64,000 bases of DNA from a virus: positions 64,001 to 128,000 of the IMG/VR virus record IMGVR_UViG_3300021420_000017. One strand, 5' to 3'. This document shows positions 34,713 to 42,373 of the stretch, one piece after another. Below the pieces are notes generated by a model. It ran no database searches. It saw only the letters and a list, made by a program, of their open reading frames with translations, and was not told where the DNA came from. Position 1 is the first letter of the stretch, and every line of letters starts with the position of its first letter. A program made the position numbers and the translations under genes.

Positions 34713-37178
34713 ATGTCCAAGAGTGCCCACCGAGTGTCGTTCGACTTCGTCCCCAAAGAGGGGATGGTCTATGTCCGATCTCGTGCAATTAGTTCAAGAT
34801 GTAATGATAACTTCGATTACTTCGGCCCTGACGATATTGCGAAGTCTTACCAGACTTTCATTGGTAAGCCGGTTTTCGTCAACCATGTGAACTCAGATCA
34901 CCGGCGCGCGCGAGGCCTCATTATCGATGCCGCGCTGCACCGGGACATCAACCCCGATGGTTCGCCCGACACCTGGGCCGAAGTGCTCATGGAGATCGAC
35001 GCACTCACCTACCCCAAGCTGGGTAAGGCCCTCCTGTCTGGCGCGATCGATCGCACCTCGATGGGGACAGACGTCCAGATCTCTAAGTGCTCGATCTGTC
35101 ACAACGAGGCCACCAACCCGTTGGAATACTGCCTGCATATACCCTCCAAAAAGGGTAAAAGAATACTAACTCTCGATCCAGTTACAGGACGCAGAGAAGA
35201 CAAATTGGTCTATGAGATCTGTATCGGGTTGAACTTCTTCGAGAACTCCCTGCTCGTTGAGCCCCCTGCGGATCCGACGGCTTTCCGACTTGGGCAGGTT
35301 GTGGTAGGCCCAGGGCTAGAGCACCTGGGCAGCTTCTCTCATACGGCATCGGTCGCAGACCCCACTCGTATTACCCCGGTTCAGGTCGAGTTGCTGAAGC
35401 AGGCGGCCGAGGAGCGTCCGGCGTACATCTGGGGCTCTTCGGCCAAGCCCACCCGTCCGTTGCTCGTCACTGGTGGGCTCTATGGCCATTACTCGACCCC
35501 GCTTGTCTGGGATCTGCTCAAGCAGGCCCAGCTAGAAATCAAGGCTGCGAATTGGCAAAATGAATTGGGGCTCGACATGCAGCGATCGGCTTATGGCGAG
35601 ACCAAAGCCCCGACCGACGTCGATACCCTTCGCGATGAGAGCTGCCCGGTCTGCGGGAACGACACCGCCTACGCGGGCCGAGAGTGCCAAGTCTGTGGGT
35701 ATGTGTCTCCCCCCAAGGTCTTCGGCGACCCTGACGTCGACAAGGCCAAGCAGCTCGACACCCTCAAGCAGGATATCGATGACGACCTCGACACAGTGGA
35801 TCCCTCCCGCAATGGGGCACCGATCGGGGATGCGGTCGGCGACGAGGAATCCGCGCTAGAAGGCGATGACCCGGCTAGCCCGGACCTGGAGTGCACCAAC
35901 TGTGGAACCGGGATCCGCCCGGCAGTCCCACAGACCTCCGACTCAGACCCCGGCGACGACGCGGCGGCCACTGGTCCGACCGAGGGCGATCCGTGCCCGG
36001 TCTGCGGAAAGGGCGAGCTGGCGGCCAGCTCGACATCGCCAGATTCGCAAGCCAAAGACGATGAAGAAGATCCCGACGCGGATCCGGACGACGAGGACCA
36101 GCAGCCCGGCGAGGAAGACGCCGAAGACAGCACCGCGATAGGAGACGGGAAACTCCCTGCCTCGAAGAATGCTCGGGCTCCGAAGTACCGAGAGCACCAC
36201 TCATCAATCCGCCACAGTGAAGGGGTCCCAGTAGCCATGGCGCCACGACCAGTACTCGCCGCGATGATCGAGCAGCAGAAGATCATCGACAACCAGCAGG
36301 CCTATATCGCCTCCCTCATGCAGCGCGATGCCGAACGAGAGAACGCCCTGGCTTCGCAGGCAACCAAGATTCAGCGCCTGACGGCGGGCCTGACCGTGCT
36401 GGCCAACCACCTGGGCCCGGAAGTTCTGGGACAGGTCAAGGTCGCCATGATCCGCAAGCGCGCGGATGAGCAGAACCCGGCTCAGCCGGTGCCGGAACCG
36501 GCTCCTGTGCCTCCGAGTCAGACCACCCTCGATGCCAAGACGCCGGAGGCATTCGCCGACGTCACCGCGCCGGGCATGGTGCCCGGGAGCAACCAGGATG
36601 TGGCGGCCGATGCGGTCTCCACCGCCTACACCCCGGGCACGGACATTCCCTCCCCCGGGGTCAAGCAGCTCGTGGATGTCACCGCCCCGGTGGATGGCAC
36701 TCAGGGACCGCGCCCGATCAACGAGACGCGCACCGAGGTCAATGTGCGTACCGGCAACCCGATGAACCCGCAGGTGGCCTACCCGGTCAACGGCCCGTTC
36801 GCCCAGACCCAGCGCACCAGTTCGATCGACTCCGACTCGAACCTGCGCCAGATGGCTTCCATCCGCCTCGCCCGACTCCGCATTGCGGCTGGAATCGCCC
36901 CCGAGGGAGAAGACGACCTGAGCCTGGGTGCCCGGATCGCGAGTAACAGCGATCTGAGCATGGAACTGATCAACGTCGAGACCGCCACCCTCAACAACGT
37001 CACTCAAGCCGCCAGTCGCAAGCAGGGGTCTGCGAATGCCCCTCGGGGACTGGTTCCCCGTTCGGCCGGTCTGCAGCGCACGGTGCCCGCCATGGGTTCC
37101 GCGACCCCGCTTTCCGCGTCCGCCTCGACCACCAGCAATGACGACGAAGACCTTGCTGCCGCACTGGCTTTCGGCTGA
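34713..37178 (+). CDS. capsid maturation protease fused to Zn-finger and scaffold regions
   Basis: GKPVFVNH, RGLIID, SMG, YEIC.GLNFFENSLLV.PPADPTA are features of prohead serine proteases. C-terminal coiled coil; lies upstream of the capsid genes. Start uncertain. Confidence 0.75.
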   Translation: MSKSAHRVSFDFVPKEGMVYVRSRAISSRCNDNFDYFGPDDIAKSYQTFIGKPVFVNHVNSDHRRARGLIIDAALHRDINPDGSPDTWAEVLMEIDALTYPKLGKALLSGAIDRTSMGTDVQISKCSICHNEATNPLEYCLHIPSKKGKRILTLDPVTGRREDKLVYEICIGLNFFENSLLVEPPADPTAFRLGQVVVGPGLEHLGSFSHTASVADPTRITPVQVELLKQAAEERPAYIWGSSAKPTRPLLVTGGLYGHYSTPLVWDLLKQAQLEIKAANWQNELGLDMQRSAYGETKAPTDVDTLRDESCPVCGNDTAYAGRECQVCGYVSPPKVFGDPDVDKAKQLDTLKQDIDDDLDTVDPSRNGAPIGDAVGDEESALEGDDPASPDLECTNCGTGIRPAVPQTSDSDPGDDAAATGPTEGDPCPVCGKGELAASSTSPDSQAKDDEEDPDADPDDEDQQPGEEDAEDSTAIGDGKLPASKNARAPKYREHHSSIRHSEGVPVAMAPRPVLAAMIEQQKIIDNQQAYIASLMQRDAERENALASQATKIQRLTAGLTVLANHLGPEVLGQVKVAMIRKRADEQNPAQPVPEPAPVPPSQTTLDAKTPEAFADVTAPGMVPGSNQDVAADAVSTAYTPGTDIPSPGVKQLVDVTAPVDGTQGPRPINETRTEVNVRTGNPMNPQVAYPVNGPFAQTQRTSSIDSDSNLRQMASIRLARLRIAAGIAPEGEDDLSLGARIASNSDLSMELINVETATLNNVTQAASRKQGSANAPRGLVPRSAGLQRTVPAMGSATPLSASASTTSNDDEDLAAALAFG

Positions 37179-37193
37179 TTTACCCACCATCCC

Positions 37194-37227
37194 TGTCTAG
37201 CCGCCCGGTCAGACAGATAAGCAGTGA
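37194..37227 (+). promoter_or_regulatory. putative late promoter, variant (capsid operon)
   Basis: TGTCT-N18-ATAAGCAGTGA. Confidence 0.5.
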
Positions 37228-37303
37228 AGGACCCAGAACCAAGCTCAGCGGTGCAGTCCGATGAGCAACTCCAAGGTCTTTGCATAGAGAGGACTGTATC
37301 GCC

Positions 37304-37819
37304 GTGTTGCGAGTTCCCCTAGGGCTCAATTACATCAAGCGCACCCTGCGCCCACTCCTGGCGAACACCCAGGCGACTCCCACCAGCGTCTACCTGGATC
37401 CCGCCTGGGACCGCTCGGTCGACATCGTGCCCGGGATGGCCATGATGAAGACCGCAGGACAGAACGTCACCCTGCTCAATGGCACCGGGATTCCCTACGG
37501 TCTGGCGACCTTCTACGAGGCGCCGGTCATGGGGATCACCGAGATCACCAACCAGGGCGTCAATGCCTGTGCGGTTCAGGTGCTCGGGCCGGATGCGCAG
37601 TTCGAGGTACTGGCCCCGGCCTTTGACACTTCGTTGTCCTGGGTCGATCCGGGCGACGGCACGATCGTGCTCGTCTACGCCTACACCACCGGCGCGAACC
37701 GGGGCAAGCTCTGCCTGGTTGGCAGCACCGGCGCCAGCACCACCCCGATCGCGCGCCTCATCGCGGTCAGCTCGGCTTCCAAGATCGTCATCGGCGGCCT
37801 TCAGGGACGTGTCGGTTAA
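37304..37819 (+). CDS. capsid decoration / minor capsid protein
   Basis: GTG after GAGAGGA; KRTLRPLLANTQATP; directly upstream of the major capsid gene. Confidence 0.6.
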   Translation: MLRVPLGLNYIKRTLRPLLANTQATPTSVYLDPAWDRSVDIVPGMAMMKTAGQNVTLLNGTGIPYGLATFYEAPVMGITEITNQGVNACAVQVLGPDAQFEVLAPAFDTSLSWVDPGDGTIVLVYAYTTGANRGKLCLVGSTGASTTPIARLIAVSSASKIVIGGLQGRVG

Positions 37820-37861
37820 TCCCGGCACCCACCCACGTCCACAGGAATAGGAGATAAACGG

Positions 37862-38836
37862 ATGACCACCACGATGGTCCCCCAGGGCATCAAGCCGCCG
37901 ATGTCGTCTGACGACTATGTGAGCGCGATCTTGGCCCGCCACGAGGGCAAGAAGGCCTCCTCGTCCAGCAAGCTGACCGCCATCGCGCGAGTGCTCGCTG
38001 ATGAGGTCAGCGGCTTCAAGCGCCTGGGCGTCGGCATGATCGGCCCGATCCAGCTCAAGCTGCGCTACCAGGGCATCACCCGCAACGTGCTGGTCGAGGA
38101 CCCGGTGACCCCGGGCACCCCGGTCGAGTACGACGTGTGGGACGACCTGGGCCAGGCGTACGTGCTCTCGGGCCACGACGGCGAAGTCAATATCACGATC
38201 TTCGAAGGCAAGCGTGTGCGGGTCGACTTCTTCCGGATCGCGGCTCAGGCCCAGATCCGCAAGGAAGACCTGATGTACCTGCGCATCAACGCCGTCGAGC
38301 AGGCCCAGGACGAGACCAAGCAGTCGATCCTCAAGCAGGAGGACTCCCGGCTGATGGTCGTGCTCCAGGGCGCGCTGAACGACTACAGCACCCGCCCGGA
38401 TCACACGATCACCCCCAACCACACCATCACCGAGACCTCGGGTTACTTCACCCCGACCTCGCTGTACACGGCGGTGGCCCAGACCGACATGCACGAGCTG
38501 GTCGCCAGCCGCATGCTGGTCAACCCCTATGACTACCGGGACTTCTTCCGGTGGGACATCAACACGACTGGTTGGGCCTTCAAGGACCGGGTCGTCGCGG
38601 GTGAGACCATCACCAGCTTCGGTGAGTTCCAGTTCCAGCGCTCGATCATGGTTCCGCAGAAGACCATGTACCTGCTGCCCGAGCCGAACTTCCTCGGTGT
38701 CTTCCCCGTCCTCTACAGCCTGGACGTTGAAGAGAACCACGTGGTGGATCGCTTCATGCGGGGATGGGTGTTCGATGAGATGGTTGCACAAATTGTGCTA
38801 AATCCTCGTGGAATAGCAGCAGTCGTAAAGCCCTAA
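37862..38836 (+). CDS. major capsid protein
   Basis: 324 aa with extreme G/C-ending codon bias. MIGPIQLKLRYQGITRNVLVED...GWVFDEMV..LNPRG matches my recollection of cluster-C-like capsids. Confidence 0.85.
   Translation: MTTTMVPQGIKPPMSSDDYVSAILARHEGKKASSSSKLTAIARVLADEVSGFKRLGVGMIGPIQLKLRYQGITRNVLVEDPVTPGTPVEYDVWDDLGQAYVLSGHDGEVNITIFEGKRVRVDFFRIAAQAQIRKEDLMYLRINAVEQAQDETKQSILKQEDSRLMVVLQGALNDYSTRPDHTITPNHTITETSGYFTPTSLYTAVAQTDMHELVASRMLVNPYDYRDFFRWDINTTGWAFKDRVVAGETITSFGEFQFQRSIMVPQKTMYLLPEPNFLGVFPVLYSLDVEENHVVDRFMRGWVFDEMVAQIVLNPRGIAAVVKP
38719..38784 (+). repeat. 66-bp inverted repeat, left copy (inside the capsid gene)
   Basis: Base-by-base identical to the reverse complement of 41108-41173. 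Confidence 0.97.
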
Positions 38837-38874
38837 ACTACCATCTCATGAAATCGTAGCACAGTAAGATACAG

Positions 38875-38917
38875 ACAACAAGAGCCCCACGCCATCGCGG
38901 CGTGGGGCTCTTGTTGT
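38875..38917. terminator. bidirectional terminator after the capsid gene
   Basis: acaacaagagccccacgcc-atcgc-ggcgtggggctcttgttgt. Confidence 0.8.
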
Positions 38918-38933
38918 TGCGTCGATCCATAGG

Positions 38934-39377
38934 CTATCTCGTCACGTATTCGCAGTCCTTCTCGGTGAAGTCGCTGCGCAGTCCGGCAAGATACTCGCCC
39001 AGGAAATATGTAGCGGAATCATGAGTCTTGTCTTGCTCGACTAGTTTTTCCAACTCTTCCAGGATCTGGGTGGCCGTACTGGAGGTCAGAACCAACAACC
39101 TGACCCCAGTTGAGGCGAACCACTCCCAAGACAACAAGTCGAATGTCGTTGGCTGCCGTTCTTCGTCTACGACATCGAGAGCCAATCCCGACTCTGGAAT
39201 CCAGAGTGAGGGAGAATAGGATCCGCGCACGCTAAAAGTTCGATCAATCCAACTCACAGGCGCATTTCGGTAAGTATCCACCTCATGCTGCGCGAGTGTG
39301 CATGCTTGAATCCAATCGCGAGGGTCGGTCAGCGTACTGATTACGTGAGTCGGATAATACTGTTGGTCCTTGATCAT
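38934..39377 (-). CDS. degenerate PD-(D/E)xK-like protein
   Basis: YSPSLWIPESGLALDVV aligns with the neighbour's YDPDFWLPQYEVAVETK but lacks the catalytic D and K. Confidence 0.5.
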   Translation of the reverse strand: MIKDQQYYPTHVISTLTDPRDWIQACTLAQHEVDTYRNAPVSWIDRTFSVRGSYSPSLWIPESGLALDVVDEERQPTTFDLLSWEWFASTGVRLLVLTSSTATQILEELEKLVEQDKTHDSATYFLGEYLAGLRSDFTEKDCEYVTR

Positions 39378-40066
39378 CGGTTACGCTCCTGAGCTATAAG
39401 TGATTGAATAGACTCGCTGAAGTTTTCTCCTGATAGTTTCCGTAAGTCTTCTTTGAATAAGACGACCAGTAAACGACCAGTTGCTCTATAGGCAGCCCAT
39501 TGAGCGTGCATGTTGGCTCGTGGTACTCCCTTAGTCTCTACCGCTACCTCATACTGAGGGAGCCAAAAGTCGGGATCGTAGTTAGACAGATCGTTGGATT
39601 TATCCCAGGGAATCAGGAAGCGCTCATCGAATCGCTCTATTCGAACTTTGGATATTTTGGCTAGTCCCCAAAATAGCGCCTCGTAGGAAGACTGAAGCAC
39701 GATAACATGCTCAGTCTGATCATCGATGGTCTTGATGTTTTGGTGCACTTTCAGTCCACGTCGAGCACATGCCTGATTGTGGAACTGCCGATGAGAAGAG
39801 GCTCGGTGTTCGAACTCAATGCCACACCACCCACACTTTGAGGTGGTCCATTTCGATTCGTCTCGCTGGCGCCTGACCGAGGCCGCTCTCCGGCATTCAT
39901 GACTGTGGTAGAGACGATTGGCCGCAGAGACAGGTTTGTCGCAGGCGGGGTTGGCGCATTTGGGTCGAGGTTGATCTACCCGGCGCGCGCGATTGTTTCC
40001 TCCGTGATGATTCCTAGAGATCTGGGGGACGGGTAGTGGCTTAGCTGCCCAGTTGTCGTCACTCAT
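39374..40066 (-). CDS. Zn-finger plus PD-(D/E)xK endonuclease (homing-endonuclease-like)
   Basis: CANPAC..YHSHEC; CGWCG..FHNQAC; QSSYEALF...YDPDFWLP...VETKG. Confidence 0.8.
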   Translation of the reverse strand: MSDDNWAAKPLPVPQISRNHHGGNNRARRVDQPRPKCANPACDKPVSAANRLYHSHECRRAASVRRQRDESKWTTSKCGWCGIEFEHRASSHRQFHNQACARRGLKVHQNIKTIDDQTEHVIVLQSSYEALFWGLAKISKVRIERFDERFLIPWDKSNDLSNYDPDFWLPQYEVAVETKGVPRANMHAQWAAYRATGRLLVVLFKEDLRKLSGENFSESIQSLIAQERNR

Positions 40067-40995
40067 GCTCTGGGCTTCCTTCCAGGAGAGCGAACTTGGC
40101 GTCCTTCAGCCACGAGCCACCCACGCACCGTCTGATAGGACCTCCCTAGGGTGTCGCAGACATCGGAAAGGGTCATACCCATGTCGAAATAGCGAACTGC
40201 CTCAGCAGCTTGTTCGCGGTCGCGGAGATAAATCCCTCCCTCGGTAGTGATTCCACGTTCTTCAATAATCTTGCGCACGGCATCTTGGGAGATATTAAGT
40301 TCTTTAGCAACTTCTACTATAGTATTACCTTTAAGGTACGACTCGGCGATCTCGTCCGATCTATCTGGTTTAAGACGAGCAGGGCGCTCCTTGTTGATGG
40401 GGGTCAGCCCTAGCTCTCGTAGCCATATCTCTGCGGTTCCGTAGTGGATTCCCAGTTGGGTCGCGATATCGAAGGCAGCTATCCCCGCATGATGAAGAGC
40501 GATGACGTTGGGGAGAAGGGAGGGCTTTTTCCCGATTTTGCGTCCTCCGACTTGGAACCGGAACCCCTCCTTGGCGAGCCACCGACTGACGGAGTCCGGG
40601 GTAAATCCGAATCGATCCGCGATGGACTCGCGAGATTCCCCTGCCCGAGCGGCCTTGAGCATTGTTGGAATGGCATCCTCACGACGGCGTTGATCCTCGG
40701 AGTAAGCCGTGAGGCCTTCTTGCCTGAGCCAACGACTCAGAGTCGTGTAGGGCACGTTGATCTCGTCTGCGATCTCGGGTGCAGTCCTCTTCTTCGCAAT
40801 GAGAGTTTGGATCAGCGGGAGATGCTGGCGCTTAGCGCTGCGCTTGGCCGCAGTGAGAGACAGACCCGCCTCTTTGAGGAGTATTCTGACACGATATGCC
40901 GGAATCTCTGCGGAGACTGAGATCTCTTCGGCGTTCGCCCCTTGGTGGTGCGCTCTGACGATGTAGCTCAGGAGATCAGGGCTGATAGGATCCAC
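40063..40995 (-). CDS. protein made of six tandem helix-turn-helix units
   Basis: Six units of about 50 aa of the form Gx(S/T)xxEIAxxxxxxxxTxxxWLxxxG. GTG after CAGGAAGG. Confidence 0.8.
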   Translation of the reverse strand: MDPISPDLLSYIVRAHHQGANAEEISVSAEIPAYRVRILLKEAGLSLTAAKRSAKRQHLPLIQTLIAKKRTAPEIADEINVPYTTLSRWLRQEGLTAYSEDQRRREDAIPTMLKAARAGESRESIADRFGFTPDSVSRWLAKEGFRFQVGGRKIGKKPSLLPNVIALHHAGIAAFDIATQLGIHYGTAEIWLRELGLTPINKERPARLKPDRSDEIAESYLKGNTIVEVAKELNISQDAVRKIIEERGITTEGGIYLRDREQAAEAVRYFDMGMTLSDVCDTLGRSYQTVRGWLVAEGRQVRSPGRKPRA

Positions 40996-41107
40996 AATGA
41001 AGCCTTCCTGTTGGTGCTGGTGTCTCGACAACCCCAGTCTTCAGGAAGGTTTCCCTATTTGTCAAATCGAGTAGGAACTCATCCCACTGTTAATAGCGAT
41101 TCGGAAG

Positions 41108-41173
41108 ACCATCTCATCGAACACCCATCCCCGCATGAAGCGATCCACCACGTGGTTCTCTTCAACGTCCAGG
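41108..41173 (-). repeat. 66-bp inverted repeat, right copy (intergenic)
   Basis: Exact reverse complement of capsid bases 38719-38784. Confidence 0.97.
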
Positions 41174-41199
41174 GAGCCCCAAAGGAGATGCTATGACCC

Positions 41200-41517
41200 A
41201 TGAAACCGACGTTGAGCCCCGACGGCGACTGGAAGGAGGGAGAGGAGTTCGACTACCCCGACGACAACACCTCGGCTGACTGCGGAGGCTGCGATCAGCA
41301 CTGGCAAGTGCATGATCACATGAAGTGGATCGCTGACGGCTGCGCGACACTGAAGGATGTCATCGCGCATGTGGAGGCCTTCGCGGCTCACCTATGGGCG
41401 CGCAAGGAGGCTGGCTACGAGCTTGCGGATCTGGTGGACAACGGTCACATCATCTACAAGCAGTTCGAGGATGATCCCCGGGAAGAGCAGTTTCGGGTCG
41501 AGCGCAGCGCTAGCTGA
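41200..41517 (+). CDS. hypothetical protein
   Basis: AAAGGAG upstream; CGGC..HWQVH; followed by a terminator. Confidence 0.6.
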   Translation: MKPTLSPDGDWKEGEEFDYPDDNTSADCGGCDQHWQVHDHMKWIADGCATLKDVIAHVEAFAAHLWARKEAGYELADLVDNGHIIYKQFEDDPREEQFRVERSAS

Positions 41518-41573
41518 GAAGGTCTGGCGCTGCTAGAGTCCGTCTCGGGCCTACCCAGGCTTCGACCCTTAGC

Positions 41574-41620
41574 CCAAGACCGGGACCTCTCCTTCGCGGA
41601 GGGGTCCCGGTCTTGGTTTG
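41574..41620 (+). terminator. intrinsic terminator
   Basis: ccaagaccgggacctctcc-ttcgc-ggaggggtcccggtcttgg followed by tttg. Confidence 0.75.
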
Positions 41621-41744
41621 TCTCCCCGACAGGATCCGTCCGAGACGATAGCGCTTCATCCATGGTCGGACGAGATCGTAGGCATAGCGTCTTGTGTGAC
41701 ACCTGGATGACTTTGACCCTTTAGGCGCCGGTAGGATGCGCGGT

Positions 41745-42245
41745 ATGAGCACCCCCGTCCTCACTCCAGGTCAGTACGTCACGGTGCCCGGCAGCGGCTT
41801 CGTCTGCTGGTGCATCCGAAAGATCACCCGATCCCCGGTGGCGCATGCCTTCCTCTACGTGGGCCCGCAGGCCGACGGGACCGACATGGTGGAGGCTGAG
41901 CCCGGCGGGGTGCGCTTCGGCCGCACGAGCGACTACCCGGTGCGCTATGTCTCTGGGCGAGTGCTGGATCCAGCGGTCGCGAAGGCGATTGCGGAGACCG
42001 GGATCGCGATGGCGAGCAAGGACACTGACTACAACTTCCTGGCGGACTTCTATCTCGGGCTGCGCGAGGGTGCGCGACTACCTGTTCCCCAGACTCTGTT
42101 CCGGCTCGCCTCGACCGGTAAACACGTCGAGTGCGCGCAGCTTGTCGATTACGCATACCTCGTAAATGGGGCACATCTCTTCGAGGACGGGCGCTCGCCC
42201 GGCGCTGTCTCCCCGGGCGACCTGTGGCGGTTGGACTACCACTGA
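41745..42245 (+). CDS. permuted papain-like (NlpC/P60, YiiX/YebB-type) amidase
   Basis: His precedes Cys: SPVAHAFLYVG...VEAEPGGV...YNF...ECAQLVDYAY. Confidence 0.75.
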   Translation: MSTPVLTPGQYVTVPGSGFVCWCIRKITRSPVAHAFLYVGPQADGTDMVEAEPGGVRFGRTSDYPVRYVSGRVLDPAVAKAIAETGIAMASKDTDYNFLADFYLGLREGARLPVPQTLFRLASTGKHVECAQLVDYAYLVNGAHLFEDGRSPGAVSPGDLWRLDYH

Positions 42246-42268
42246 CCTGCTCCGCGCGGGATGGATGC

Positions 42269-42303
42269 TGCCCTCCGCGCCGCTGGAGCCCCTGAAGTAG
42301 TGA
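42269..42303 (+). promoter_or_regulatory. putative late promoter, copy 4
   Basis: TGCCC-N19-TGAAGTAGTGA. Confidence 0.75.
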
Positions 42304-42373
42304 AGAGGACTCTGCCTCGTGATGCGGGTCTTCTTCGGGTCGGTGCTCAACTCAACCAGCGCGGAGCTGAACT

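Noticed and set aside
28669-38791. Long minus-strand ORFs (28669..29901, 31201..32445, 36204..37190, 37319..38791 and similar)
   Set aside because: They are antisense shadows of GC3-biased plus-strand genes, with no motifs or RBS.
38719-41173. A dedicated invertase or integrase for the inverted repeats
   Set aside because: None of the island or flanking ORFs shows serine- or tyrosine-recombinase motifs. Any inversion would need homologous recombination or an enzyme encoded elsewhere.
41188-41279. Short ORFs from ATG 41188 and 41193 next to the AAAGGAG RBS
   Set aside because: They are 2 and 28 codons long with atypical codon usage; the 41200 ORF explains the RBS better.
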